From contig OX597822.1 of the NCBI GenBank assembly GCA_951406725.2, forward strand, positions 55,242,001 through 55,306,000: a stretch of DNA of 64,000 nt, written 5' to 3'. The first letter of the stretch is position 1. Every line of letters starts with the position of its first letter. The notes beneath the pieces are model-generated. The model was not told where the DNA came from. It did not search any database and was given only the letters and a program-made list of their open reading frames with translations. Source of the stretch: Octopus vulgaris (lineage: Eukaryota). Of the stretch, positions 1-13,471 are shown piece after piece. Position numbers and translations under genes: made by a program.

Positions 1-268
1 TGAAAAATACCGTTAAAAATGAAGGGAAATTAGTCCTGTTATAACTCTGCTTTGCCTGCGTATTATACATCGACTCGCATTTTTCGTCATAAAAATTATA
101 TAAAAATACATAAAAATATATAAAAATATATAAAAATATATATTTTTATATATTTTTATGTATTTTTATATAATTTTTATGACGAAAAATGCGAGCGATG
201 TATAAGTACGCAGGCAAAGCAGAGTTATAACAGAGTAATTTCCCTTCATTTTTAACGGTATTTTTTCA
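1..268. repeat. Long near-perfect inverted repeat (foldback), centre ~138, probably continuing left of the window
   Basis: tgaaaaataccgttaaaaatgaagggaaatta at 1 is mirrored by taatttcccttcatttttaacggtattttttca ending at 268; the centre is (taaaaatata)n/(tatttttata)n with essentially no spacer. Confidence 0.9.
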
Positions 269-286
269 TAACGTTTTCAAATAGCC

Positions 287-349
287 AGATAACCGAAGAG
301 ATGGTGTTGTGGATTTCCACTTCGGCATCTGAAACTCAGAGTTTTATCT
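287..349 (+). ncRNA. Minimal type I hammerhead ribozyme-like motif (variant core), Penelope-type
   Basis: Stem I agataa/ttatct; core ccgaaga (CUGANGA with U4->C); stem II gatg...catc; one extra t, then GAAAC; short stem III c-tcaga-g; GUU triplet. Confidence 0.55.
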
Positions 350-378
350 TGACTACCGAGTAATGTAACATATTGTAT

Positions 379-442
<64 letters not shown>

Positions 443-532
443 ATATATAAATTTTCAGAATGAGATAAAAATCCAAGGCTGCGAAAGATTTTAAAACATT
501 TATAAATAGAAGGTCTTACAGCTGTTTCTGGA

Positions 533-900
533 TTTATTCTTTGTAAGCCTAGTGCTTATTCTACCGGCCTCTTTTGCCGAACCGCTAAGTTAATGGGACT
601 TTAACACACCAACATTTGTTGTCAAGTGATACTGTGGTGACAAACACAGACACAAAGATACACACACATAAATATATATACATATATATACATACATATA
701 TACATACACACACACACGTGTGTGTGTGTATGTGTGTGTACGACGGGCTTTTTTCAGTTTCCGTCTACCAAATCCAATCACAAGGCTTTGGTCGGCTCGA
801 GGCTATAGTGGAAGACACTTGCCCAAGGTACCACCCGTGGGACTGAACCCGGAACCATGAGGTTGGGAAGCAAGCTACTTACCACACAGCCACGCCTGCA
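533..900 (-). mobile_element. tRNA-derived SINE, family A (CORE-like segment, internal CA/TA microsatellite), tail truncated
   Basis: Near-identical to 976-1393 and 49955-50435; minus strand has A-box-like tggctgtgtgg, B-box-like ggttcagtcc and ccttgggcaagtgtcttc. Confidence 0.85.
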
Positions 901-975
901 CATGCTCAGTCCACTCCTGGACGAAAAATTCACTGGCCTATTGCATTTACAATACTGAGAATTACAATCTAGTGA

Positions 976-1393
976 CTCTCTTTGCTCTTTTTGCTCTTTT
1001 ACTTGTTTCAGTCATGTGAGTGTGGCCATGCTGGAGCACCGCCTTTAGTCGATCAAATCGACCCCGGGACTTATTCTTTGTAAGCCCAGTACTTATTTTA
1101 TCGGTCTCTTTTTTGCCGAACCGCTAAGTTACGGGGACTTTAACACACCAGCATTGGTTATCAAGCGATGCTAGGGGGACAAACACAGACACACAAACAC
1201 ACACACATATATATATATATACATATATACGACAGGCTTCTTTCAGTTTCCGTCTACCAAATCCACTCACAAGGCATTGGTCGGCCCGAGGCTATAGTAG
1301 AAGACACTTGCCCAAGATGCCACGCAGTGGGACTGAACCCGGAACCATGTGGTTGGTTAGCAAGCTACTTACCACACAGCCACTCCTGCGCCT
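976..1393 (-). mobile_element. tRNA-derived SINE, family A, full length
   Basis: Minus strand: aggcgcaggagtggctgtgtgg...ggttcagtccc...gactgaaacaagtaaaagag tail; repeated elsewhere in the window. Confidence 0.9.
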
Positions 1394-1787
1394 ATCTACT
1401 AACTTTTCGTTTTTTTTTTTTCACTCGGTAGTTATATTTTCGCCGATATAGATCAATGAAAGAAACAACCCACGCCACATACATTAGTGAAGAGTCACTG
1501 GTTGTTCAGTGCAGCATTACTCTGAGATTCATACAGGCATAATCGTGCGATATGTATTTCTGATGCTTCGGAATGATATGGTGGATGTGAATAATGCTGG
1601 AAGTTGCCATGTTTGTTGTGTACATACATGCGCGCGCACAGACAGACAGACAGACACACCGCGCGCACACAGACAAACAGACAGACACACCGCGCGCACA
1701 AACAGACAGACAGACACACACTCGTATACATCTACTCACGCACACCATCAAAAGCACACGCACATATACATGAGCGCACACACGCAC

Positions 1788-1837
<50 letters not shown>

Positions 1838-2687
1838 TACATACACCCACCCACACAGACACAGGGGTTATATTTAAAAACTGTATAAAACATCATTTAG
1901 GAATTATCGAAAACAAATGTAAACTTATGAATGACTGCATGGAGATTAGCAGGTAGAAAAATAGAATGGTATAAATGTGTAGTAAATAAGTAATAGATAA
2001 ATATCTAATAAATGATACAATACAGTTGTCTGAAATGGAAATTACTTGAAGCAATTTCACTGAAAGTACTCGGAAAAGTAGGAAATGTTATTGTTAACAA
2101 TAATGTCAGCGGGATTTCAAACCTAACGGGACTAAGTTTATGACATGATGAACGTTTCATGGCGACCAGTAATGAGGTTGAATGAAAGAAATGTTAGAAA
2201 TGTCAGAATAAAGTAAAAAATAACTGTGATTAATATGAAAAAATAATCTACATGAATAAAGGCTGTTGTTTTGAAATGACTGCGTGGAACATACTTCTTT
2301 GTGTATAATTAATGAGATTGGTAGAAAAGCAGTTCCGTCTATTTAATACTTATGTCAATGGTCGAGAGACAATACATTAAAAGTCATGTCAGGAAAGAAG
2401 TTTAGTTGGAGTTTTTTACTGTTTAAATATCAAGATATGTATATTGCTTTTGCTTTGTCATACGCTTAATGTTTAACTCGGTAAAGATGTTGACAAGATT
2501 AAAAAGATATCGAAATTATTTAATAAAGAATAAAACATGCATGAACCTGGATGGTAATTATTGCATAATTGTATTTATATTCCTTTCTTCTATAGACACA
2601 AGGCTCGAAATTTTGGAAGGGAGGGCTAGTCGATTACATTGACCCCAGTGCTTGACAGGTCATTTAAACTCAGAACGTAAATCCTAG

Positions 2688-2975
2688 GGCGTACCCAAAA
2701 GTAACCGGAAACTTTATTTGTGGGACAAACCCGTTGTAGTTTAGGCTTCCATCGCTAGAAACCATTTGATGTGACCCTCGGAAACCAGTCTGCCGATCGG
2801 TGTCGTCGGTTGATGTCGTACTGCCACGTGGTGCATCTTTGCTTTTCAGTGCCTCTCACCCGTTCATCGATTTTTGCGATGGCCGAAACGAAGGAACAGC
2901 GTGCTTCCGTGAAATTCTGTTTACTGCTTGGAAAAACGCGGCCGAAACGGCTTACAGGGACGCTGCCATGAGTAA
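2688..2975 (+). mobile_element. Mariner transposon 5' remnant
   Basis: TA followed by gggcgtacccaaaagtaaccggaa terminus; MAETKEQRASVKFCLLLGK/AAET matches the mariner transposase N-terminal HTH; ends in (GACA)n. Confidence 0.7.
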
Positions 2976-3221
2976 AACACAGACAGACAGACAGACAGAC
3001 AGACAGGCAGACAGACAGACAGATAGGCAGACATTACTGTTGTCATATTCATACATATGTGCCTCTGTGTGTTTGTCTACACCAGGGATGGAGTGGGAAA
3101 ACTTTTTAGTGTGGCGGGCAAAAATTCTCAGTGAAAAAGATCCGCGAGCGGACCACAAGTTCTAACTCTTATATCTGTGTAAATCTTGTATATATCTATC
3201 TATAATTCGTTATACATTTAT

Positions 3222-3293
<72 letters not shown>

Positions 3294-3671
3294 TGTATGT
3301 GTGTGTCTTCTTGCATCGCCGTAACTTGTTAGCTTGAAAAAAAAAAAGGGTCCGACATAAGTGTCACACTTAAAATGAGTACTTGGAGGGAATTGCTCAA
3401 CTTGGTCCAGCAAGGTCGCGGCCAAGTGATTAAAAATCAAGGAAAAGAATATGACTGCATAAACGTATTTACTCATGTCATGAGTATGATGTTCATGGTA
3501 AAAAGAAGTGCAAGCAACATAGAAACAGAAAAGAGTGTGTTGGTTTGTTTTTTTGATTTTCCTTGCCTTACGTTAACCATAATTGAAGGAGTCTATGGTT
3601 AAAGATATTCCAGCAGCACCCATCTTGTCTTTTCCACTTATAGTTTACATAGGACTACATTATCTAATGTA

Positions 3672-4232
3672 TTGGGTTGTCCGGAAAGTTCGTGCCGATT
3701 TATAGTAGCTTACCTTTCGACTTATTTTAGAACATTATTGAGTCCATAAAATAGGATTTGACTACACCTCTATTTAGAGCACAGTTTAAGCTATCTTTTC
3801 GTGGAAGAAGGTTTATGTTCCTATAACCTGTGTTAATTCTGTAACCCTTTAAAATGGAAGATAAGAAAGTTCATTTTCGGCATTTGATGCTTTGGGAACC
3901 AGACAAAAGTTTCTGCAGCTTGGGTTGGGATGTGTTACCCCACCCTCCATATTCACCAGATATTGCTCCTTTGGATTTCCACTTATTCAGGTCTCTGCAG
4001 AATAGTCTTAATGGTAAAAATTTCAATTCTTTGGATGATGTGAAAAGATACCTTGATGAATTCTTTGCCATGAAACCACCTCAATTCTGAAAAGAGGGTA
4101 TTTTCAAGTTAAAGGAAAGATGGAAATATGAACAAAATGGTTCATATTTGATTGATTAAAAATGTAATGGCAATTATTTATTCATCTCTTTCTTTCCTTT
4201 AAAAATCGGCACGAACTTTCCGGACAACCCAA
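3672..4232 (+). mobile_element. Internally deleted mariner element with intact TIRs and TA TSD
   Basis: TIRs ttgggttgtccggaaagttcgtgccgattt / aaatcggcacgaactttccggacaacccaa, TA on both sides; N-terminal MEDKKVHFRHLM fused to C-terminal LGWDVLPHPPYSPDIAPLDFHLFRSLQ. Confidence 0.95.
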
Positions 4233-6409
4233 TAGTTTGCTTTTCCTTAAAACGATAGGTTGTGACTGGTGGAAAATTTGGCTGTTAATTGTAGTATGTT
4301 TAGTGACCATGAAAAGATGGGTGGTTTTGTGAATGTTGTTGTTGTTGTTGTGGTGGTGGTGGTGGTGGTGGTGGTTGCTGTCGTGGTAATGATCGTAGTT
4401 ATCGTGATGGTAATGGATTAGTGAAGTGATAATACAGTATGGTTATTATGTTTTTACCGTTGTATGCATTAATGCCTTTCATGATTGTGATAGTGATTGT
4501 GATCTGATTGTTGTTGTGCTGTAATTAGTGGAGCTGTGTAGTAACAATTGCAGTGGTAGGTTTGGGTAGTGATGCATTATAACTGATTTCAATTGTACAA
4601 ACAACAACAACAACAACAACAAACAAACAAACATACAAAACTATTATCTGACAGAAAAATCTTTTAAAACTTCCCCCAAAAGACAACTTAAGAAATAATC
4701 TTTGGGATTGTCACTTTAGTATCTAGTATATGTCACTGATTATAAGATAATAAATTACATTATTGCTTGTTACAGAAAGCAAAAACGTTTTTCAGACCAT
4801 TAGAGAAAGACATTTTTTTTTATGAACGGTGATTTAGCATAGGACGTGCTTTGGTCGATGATATTGGGTTTTCAAAGCAGTCGATATCCACAATGAATGA
4901 ATAATGATTGCATTGTATTGCCTTAACAACTCAGCATACTTTAAGTCCTGGTTTGTTTGATTAGGGCTGTAATTTTATTAAGTGTCACATAGCTAAAGAG
5001 ATACAACCGGATAAACAATAAAAATTATTCTTTGCGCTCATATGCCAAAAATCAACGTGATGTATGATGATCCACTTGGTTGGTCAATCTAAAAAGCAGT
5101 TTGTTTTAATGGATTTAATTTGCTTGACTGTTTGTTGTAGTTTGTATCATTATTAGTTTTTGTTGTTGCTTTTGTAATTTTCTATCTAAATCAGACCTTC
5201 CCTCAACAATATGAAATTCATGGACATGGCACATAACAAAATGATTAGATAAATAAATAAATAATACCGAGATCAAACTAATATCAAAACAAAGCAAATC
5301 AAGCAATCAACAGTGAAGTTCGTTAACACATAATTAATACTGGACAGTTGACGGCTGATCAGAAGACAAGGCATGTGACTTTCCTAATGGATTATCAGGA
5401 GTTACCTGATCGATAAGGGCTCCGTCATGCATTTAATACTGACCTCAAAAACCAATGAATGAAAATAACTGGTACAATACACTAACTTAGGTGTTACACC
5501 CTTTGACACTGCATAATATTATATTACAGACATCCCCCGTGTTTCGGCTACTTGCCATTACGAGATTTCGCGCTTAGGGAAATTGTAACGTATGTCCACT
5601 CATCTCAAGACACGCTCCATATTTTCGACCTTGTGGAAATAGATGAATATTGACAATTTAAAAACTACCCTTTTGTGTTTGTTTGCAAGATTCTTGTTGT
5701 GAAATCATGGGATGACACCAGTTTAACTGTATCTTGGAAGGCTCATTATGCCAATTATAAATACACCCACTGGCTCTATTTCGCTTCTTTTTTTTATTAT
5801 TTGTCAGCTAGTTAACCATTTAACCAATTAACTAATCGATCATTCGCTTAATCCTTAGGTCAGTCAATCTACAGAGACTTTGACAGAGTATATACACTAT
5901 TCACACACAAAACTCATTCTGCCGCTTAACATGAGGAACCTACACAGCTAACAGCCTAAACTTTGGCCACTGGACTACATACAAACAACTCCTGTCCACT
6001 CTCCCACTGATTGTTTGGTACTGTCACTAGTCATGTTCAGTCAATCGTGTCAGCCTTACCTTACGACGCCAAACATTGTCACTTGAGACTAACACACGGA
6101 CATAGCGGGGAACCTACAAAAATTTCTAAGACCAGTCATATGACTATCCTCTACCAATCAAACCCTATGCAAAACATATACTAATTTGAGCAATGAACTC
6201 CCGATAAAAAATAGGGCAAGCTTCAAACACGCGTGGAAAGCAAGAGAGCTGCTACATAAGCCACGTCTTTCTATTTCAAATTTTTGAAAATCAGTGTAAG
6301 CTGTCAAACCGGTTAAATATTTAAATATAATGATAAAAAATGTTTTAACTATTCTCAGTGCATTTTCAACTTTTATTTTTCCTATAAGATCCCACACATA
6401 TATATGTGA

Positions 6410-6690
6410 GGGATCTTTCCCCATTGAACGGCAGATCGAGAAATTAATTTTTTGTAACTAAACACTTTCAAACTTCGGACACTGGCAGAATGTGTAGTAT
6501 AAATCATCTTTTACTCTTAGTGTTGTTGAGAAAAGTTTATATTTTCAAAGTTATTTCGTGTTAAAGTAGTCGTATTTCGGTAATTTCAACCAATCAATGA
6601 CGTGTATTCAGCTGAATAAAATTACTGCTGTTGTTTGTCAACAACAACTTCCGGCGGTGTATATTTCTTTTGTCACTGTTATTTATGACA
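6410..6690 (+). repeat. Dispersed repeat, probably a non-autonomous DNA element fragment; second copy inverted at 47671-47911
   Basis: aactaaacactttcaaacttcgg...caaccaatcaatgacgtgtattcagctgaataaaattactg is found reverse-complemented at ~47.7 kb. Confidence 0.75.
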
Positions 6691-7249
6691 TATCTCATCT
6701 CAGTTACATTTGTATGAATAAACGATGTATCTGATGCATGTTTACTTCATGGCACCACCACAATCGTTCGTGCATTTCTACTGCTTTTAGTTTTTCTTTT
6801 GGTCGACCGGGGGCTATGTAGCAGACACCTACTCAGAGTACCGCTAAGTAGAGTGAAACCCGAGATCATGTGGCCGCATAACAAATTTCATAACGATACT
6901 TAAAACGCCGTCTCAAAATATGGGGTTTACACTATATGGCTAAAGAATGTAGAGAAAATTTCTTGCCATTAGTAAATTTGAATCCCCTTAGAAAATATAT
7001 TGAGAATAATGTCAGATGAAAGTGAGTTAAGATTGCCCGACCAAATACGACAATTAGATGAATGAATTCATTTTAATTTGTAAGCCTGGTGGTTTTCATA
7101 GTAGCAAATACCAGACACAACACAAAATTATGCCTTAAATTTTTATTTGTCACCACACATTTTAATTAATGAGAAAAGGAAACAGAGTATGTACCCATGT
7201 AATTTTTCTTGCTTTGCCATTGTGTTGGACAAGTTTAGAAAGCTTAAAG

Positions 7250-7522
7250 CAGTGGTTCCCAAACATTTTCTGGACTGCAGCCATTTAGCACCTAGACCAC
7301 ATGCCTAGCACTACTCCACCCTCAACTCACCACTACAAACGTAGACCAATTTATGTTGTAAATTCACAAATAAAACTTAATTTACCCATTATTTTATTGT
7401 TTTTACACTCGTCGCTTCCTTTTGGCCACCCCATTACCACTCTTCTTCAACACCGCCGCCTCCGGATCTCTCCCAACCTTCCGCTTGGGGTGCGGCAGTC
7501 CCGCCCACTTTTGGAACCACTG
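7250..7522. mobile_element. hAT (Charlie-like) MITE
   Basis: Terminal inverted repeats cagtggttccc(aaa) / (ttt)ggaaccactg; only a degenerate 8-bp TSD (gcttaaag/gtttcaac). Confidence 0.65.
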
Positions 7523-8065
7523 GTTTCAACCAGCTGAATGTTATTAAAAAAACATGGCCACCCCTCCACTCTTTTCAGTCCCCCTTCGATGAGAAACAGA
7601 GCTAGAGAACTAATTCTAAAGTTATCTGTGATGTGATAAGCAGCTGGCTTTTTCAGTTATCTCGTCATTAGATCTGTCTGGTCATTAATTGTTTATTTAG
7701 TTTAGTATATTATAGTTCTTATCAGATTTATAATTTGTTGGAAAATTTCCGTTGGTTTAGTAATGAGGTTAATGGATAACCACTAGAGATAGTGAGCTAG
7801 TGATGGTCAGCTTCAGCGAGAATTAGAGAATGAAACGGTGCGTGTTGAAGCAAAGAATGTTTCGTGCACGGATCCCCATCGTCCGATGAAACCATAAAAC
7901 CACATATATACATACATACATACATCTTTTTTACATCTTAAACTTTTTCTCAGCGTCAACCTAATACATTCACTGAGTACGTCCTTCTGACTTGTTTTTC
8001 CTGATTATTTTTTTATTAATATTTGTTTATTTTTTATTTGCCTATATATATATACATATGTGTGT

Positions 8066-8101
<36 letters not shown>

Positions 8102-8189
8102 GCCTGTGTGTGTGTGCGTGCATGTGTGTGTGTGTGTGAGTATGCGTATACATGCATACATATACTTATACATACATACATACATATAC

Positions 8190-8246
<57 letters not shown>

Positions 8247-8247
<1 letters not shown>

Positions 8248-8602
8248 GAGCAAAACGCCCCCGTCCAATGGACGGTGCCGAGTTGCCAAACATTTAATCC
8301 AAATTTTCTTAAAACAACTTGTCTGACCGTCCCATAGGCCTCCCCTTTGAGAAACACTGATTTAACCTAAATTTGAGCAGCAACCGCTGATGTACTTGCG
8401 CAAACAAATGCACGTTCCCACGGCGTTATCGATCGCATTCTCACCTGGAATCGATGTATGTATGTATGTATGTATGTATGTATGTATACACGCCCTGATA
8501 CCGTCGGTATCTACATATCAAATTTGAGCGCAATCGGATGGAGGATGCCCGAGATCCTAGAAGACACACACACAGACAGACAGAACGATTTTATATAATA
8601 GA
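8247..8602 (-). mobile_element. Non-autonomous Helitron-like element
   Basis: Minus-strand 5' TC(tattatataaaa); subterminal hairpin ccgtcca-a-tggacgg; 3' end CTCG; internal sequence shared with 28039-28592. Confidence 0.7.
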
Positions 8603-8823
8603 CATGTTATTGTGTCTGGTGAGAGTCATTTTCTTTTTGTGGCTTATTAATTTAGCACACTCACCGGTCCGATTTCCACTCATTTACTTATTAACTTTTT
8701 AGTAAAATTTTCGTTGCATCTTGCAACCTTTTCAATAGTTGTTGACTCAGTTCGTTATCGGAACTGCGTTCTGCTTTGTTCGTTTGTACGCATGCGTGTG
8801 CGTTAGTGTGCGTGCGCATACAC

Positions 8824-8854
<31 letters not shown>

Positions 8855-9135
8855 TGTATGTATGTATGTATGTGTGTGTGTGTGTACTCTGCATGTATGT
8901 GTGTATACATGTATGCGTGTGTATACATGTATGCGTGAGCATGTATATATGTATGCATGTGTGCACGTTCGTATGTATGTATTCTGCATATTCATGTGCT
9001 TGTGTTCATGTTTGAGTGTTTGCATGTGGGTGTGGGTGTGTTCCGCTATCTCCTTGTGTGTGCATATTTGAGTGTGTCTATGTATGGGTTTGTGTGACTA
9101 TTAGCACTATTTAGCGCTAAACTATTAAACACAAT

Positions 9136-9541
9136 TCGTGCGTAATTAAACCAGCAGCACCCAGTCGAACAAACACTTCCGCGCATGCGTAATACAATAA
9201 TGGTGATGCTCTTAACTATTATATGGGAATGTAAATATGTTTGTAAATTGTTTTTGTTACATGTTATTCTGTGTTCTGAATACTTTTATTTTAATATATG
9301 CTGCTTACTGCAAGTTATGGATGATTCTTTTATGACTTCATTGCTTTCAGGCTTAGCTTAAAGTATTTTTGGCGCCCGACATCACAAAATGCGCCTGAAT
9401 AAACATTGCCGGACAGCAAATAGATACTTGTACATTGCTTAGAAAATATTTTTCATTTTTAACCTCGTATATAGTACGCACTAGGGATTTTGACCTTTAA
9501 ATTTTGCGAAAAAAATGCAGCTTATACTCGATGATTTGCGG
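9136..9541 (-). mobile_element. Truncated copy of the Tc2/pogo-type MITE at 12698-13219
   Basis: Reverse complement of ~12698-13100, ending in ...tatactcgatgatttgcgg-TA. Confidence 0.85.
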
Positions 9542-9566
9542 TATACGTCTATACATATACATACAC

Positions 9567-9632
<66 letters not shown>

Positions 9633-9639
9633 CATATAC

Positions 9640-10440
9640 ATACACAGAGACACACACACTAACCCCTACATAACGGCCTACTAACAAAATTGTGCTTATA
9701 AAAACTGTGGGTATTGGGGGTATGACACCTATGTGTATTTAGTAGTGGGGATGTTTCGTTAATGAGGATGTACTCCTGTATTCCTCTGAGTGTTGGTCCG
9801 TCGAGTGCTTGGATAAAATGCAGATGTCAAGTTGACCCAGTGTGCCTCCATGTTGGTAGAGTATAGAGGATTTTTTTTTTGTAGTCTTATTGTCTCAAAG
9901 GTACATTTAGTCTCTCCGCAATGCTCCTAGATGTCTCACCTGAGTATATTATGTTCTTACCTTATTCTGTAGACTACGTTTCTAGTTCTACAGTTAACAC
10001 CAGGGTTAATTTTACATATCATACAGTTATCATTGGTGCATGTAGTATTCTCATAGTTGTGATCTGATGGAACTCCCTGGCTTTTCAACGATCTTAATGT
10101 TGAGTTTAGTCTTCTTCAGAGCTTTCCTAAATCTACGGGCTAGTTCTCCAAGGGCTGTGGCCTCTACAAACATCACTCTTTGATATTTGTCGGTCTTGTA
10201 CCATGCGTTCACCCTGTTTGCTTAGTCACAAACTCTATGTATCCTATTCCAGTCTTTACTTCTATATCCTATTTCGTATCTATATTCTATATCGTATCTA
10301 ACTTCTTTCTAGCACTCCTGTATACACGAACCCTATCTTTCTGATCATATCCAGAGAATTGCATGCGGTGTATGCCTCTTTGTTTCATACATGTTCTTTT
10401 GTTTCATAGGGTTCCCATAGTGGGGACACGTTGTTCATTA
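9640..10440 (-). pseudogene. Penelope-like element 3' fragment (RT thumb/linker + GIY-YIG endonuclease), degraded
   Basis: Manual minus-strand translation gives HRMQFSGYDQKDR, CTNDNCMICKINPG, NCRTRNVVYRI and IYSGETSRSIAERL, the Cys-linker and GIY-YIG signatures of Penelope-like elements. Confidence 0.75.
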
Positions 10441-10674
10441 ACAAGTAAAAAGGAAAAAATTCTGGGGTCGATACATTCAACTAAAAATTCTTCAATGTGA
10501 TGCCCCAGCATGGCCACAGTCTAATGATTGAAACAAGTAAAAGGAGGAAAAAACAAAAAAAAATAACCGAAAAATATAACCACGGAGCTTTTGTCCTACA
10601 CTTTATGTCCTACACACACACACAGAGTAGTACCTCGGTTTTCGAACAACTCTGATCGCAAATAAATCGTGCTT

Positions 10675-10793
<119 letters not shown>

Positions 10794-11830
10794 GCGTATG
10801 TATATATATAGAGAGAGAGAAAGAGAGGGAGAGAGGGATAGAGCACGATTTATTCGTGATCAGAGTAGTTCAAAATCCGAGGTTCTACTGCATACATACA
10901 TACATACATTCATACAATAAAAGACATAAATAATGAGCTTATATACTTATTTATTCTTTTGTGCATTTTTCACTTGTAGCTGTTTCTGATACACATTTCG
11001 GATTCGTCGATGGGTCCGTTTATTCAATCGGTTGACCGATCGACAGAAAATAGTCCTCATAGTAAAAGATAATTAAAAAAATTACTTATTATCTTTTTAT
11101 TCTTGTATTACATTTTATCATTTTATTTTACTTCATTGTATTTTGGTTTTAATTTCCTTAATTTTTCTCTTTTTTATTTTTTTTTATTTTCTAAACTTCC
11201 TATATACTTTTCAGCGCTTCACATTATAAGCGAGTATGTGAGAGTGAAAGATGGTGATATACATACCTTACATATATAGTAGGGACTGGCGTTCATCATA
11301 CATACTTGGCTTTCCTCATTCTCTTTAGCTTTCTCAGGCACGGGGATGCATTTCTTGGTCTTCGGTGACAAAAAATTGACAGCTTTCCTTTTAGATTACA
11401 TAACAAAATGAAAAAAAAGTTTCATTATTTCGTTTTACTGATGTGTATAAAGCAAAGTAGTCGAAAATATTGAGAAAAAAACAATTATTTGTATAATATA
11501 CATTGAAATTTATAGCATGTAAGCGAGAATTATTATTAATACACGTTTGCAATATTGTATTTATTTTATATTTTCTTCGCTCTTGATGTAATATAGACCT
11601 GGAGTGTAGACTTAATTCGCACTAAAGGGTACCTTTAGCGGAGTCCACTCTAATGCAAACTTTGAGAAAGGTCTCTGGCGTGGAGATAACTTCTCCTTCT
11701 TATTATCCTTGTGGATCTTGAAACAGATCGTTGTCATATCTCTTTCTCCTCTGGCAAAACACACCGCGCACACACGCTCACGCACACACACGCATACACA
11801 CACGCGCGCGCGCGCACACACACACATACG

Positions 11831-11887
<57 letters not shown>

Positions 11888-12001
11888 CCACATTCGTGTC
11901 CAGAGGGCAACTGCTTTCCACAACAGAAGATATGTTGTCCATGTGGTCCCACACAACGGATGTCTTTTAACTTGGTGGCTGTTTTAATTTTTAAGTTCCG
12001 C

Positions 12002-12033
<32 letters not shown>

Positions 12034-12119
12034 TGTATGTATGTATGTATGTATGTATGTATGTATGTATGTTTGTGTATAGTAATGTCGCGATAGTATT
12101 ACGTGTAATCCCGTATTGT

Positions 12120-12545
12120 CAGAGTAATAACTGTATTTTTTGTGCTGGAAAGCAGGATTTGGAACAAAATCGTATCGAACATGAACAGCTCAGGAGAAAT
12201 ATTCGTGAAGCTTCGATGAGAATTAGTCTGAGTATGAAGCGCACCGCCCCATTAACATTTAATGAGTATGGGCAAGTCTGTCTAAGTAAGGCAGGTCTTA
12301 AAATTCATCAGAGGAGCGACACACACAGAAAAGTTGTTAACTATGAATTATATAATACAACATCTCTACTTGCAGCGAGTGTGGAAAAAAGCGTGCGTCA
12401 GGAAGTAAACTGAAATACCATTGGATGATTCACCAAAACAATTTTGTAGCGTCTACTGCAAAATGCGCCCATCGTTGTACAAAATATATAAGTCTCTAGC
12501 AGGACTAAAAAACTACACCCGTGCTGCTTATGTAACTCATGTTTA
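12120..12545 (+). pseudogene. RTE-like LINE 3' fragment with C2H2 zinc-finger remnants
   Basis: GKQDLEQNRIEHEQLRRNIR followed by GQVCLSKAGLKIHQR and, after a frameshift, TCSECGKKRASGSKLKYHWMIH. Confidence 0.5.
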
Positions 12546-12697
12546 AGAGAATAATCAAGCGATAGCATTACTAAGTGTACTACATGGAAATCTTTATGTC
12601 TTTATGCAGAATAAATAGTGCGAATCAGTATGATGGAGATTATTTCTCTCTAAGGGTGGCTTGTTTGCAATTTCTTAACCGAAATGAAAAATATATA

Positions 12698-13219
12698 CCG
12701 TAAATCCTCGAGTATAATCCGCATTTTTTCCCAAAAATTTAAAGGTCAAAATCCCTAGTTCGTACTATTTACGAGGTTAAAAATGAAAAATATTTTCTAG
12801 GCAATGTCCGAATCTGTATTTGCTGTCCAGCAATGTTTATTCAGACGCATTTTGTACTCTCGGGCGCGAAAATACCTTAAGCTAAGCCTGAAAGCAATGA
12901 AGTCATAAAAGAATCATCCATAACTTGCAGTAAACAGCATATATCAAAATAAAAGTATTCAGAACACAGAATAACATGTAACAAAAACAATTTGCAAACA
13001 TATTTACATTCCCATATAACAGTTAAGAACATCACCATTATTGTATTACGCATGCGCGGAAGTGTTTGTTCGACTAGATGCTGCTGGCTTAATTACGCAC
13101 GACTCAAGTTTGAGAAGGAGTGCGTATTATACACAAGGTTTAGGTTTTTCAGAGGTACAGCCCCCTAAAAACTCCCTGCGTATTATACTCAAGGGCGGAC
13201 TAAACTCGAGGATTTACGG
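12698..13219 (+). mobile_element. Tc2/pogo-type (Tc1-mariner superfamily) MITE
   Basis: TIRs ccgtaaatcctcgagtataatccgc / gcggactaaactcgaggatttacgg, TA TSD, non-coding; second copy at 9136-9541. Confidence 0.9.
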
Positions 13220-13340
13220 TACGTCACTAAAGCTACTGGGGGCGCTTTTCAGCACCAGTATTGCTGGAAATAAGCTCATAAACGCAATGCCCACATCTTA
13301 TTTGCTGACAAAGGAGACAAGCTCCCTAAGCATCGGGAAT

Positions 13341-13389
13341 AGCCAGATCACCTGTGATTACGCATTCACATTAATGTACGTCAGTGACT
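13341..13389 (-). ncRNA. Hammerhead ribozyme copy A (mutated core)
   Basis: Minus strand agtca ctgacgt acatt aatgtg aatgc gta atcac ag gtgat c tggct. Confidence 0.6.
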
Positions 13390-13471
13390 CTTACCGGCAC
13401 TTTGGCTTAAACTCAACTCGCCTTGTCAGGTTATAAGATCACCGTAGAAACCATACGCTGATTTCATAAGG

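Noticed and set aside
11633-11750. Minus-strand exon ([14 protein letters not shown]...WTPLK)
   Set aside because: Weak donor, and the plus strand reads KGLWRGDNFSFLL, resembling a decayed RT GLRQGD.LSP motif near an RTE remnant; not listed as a feature
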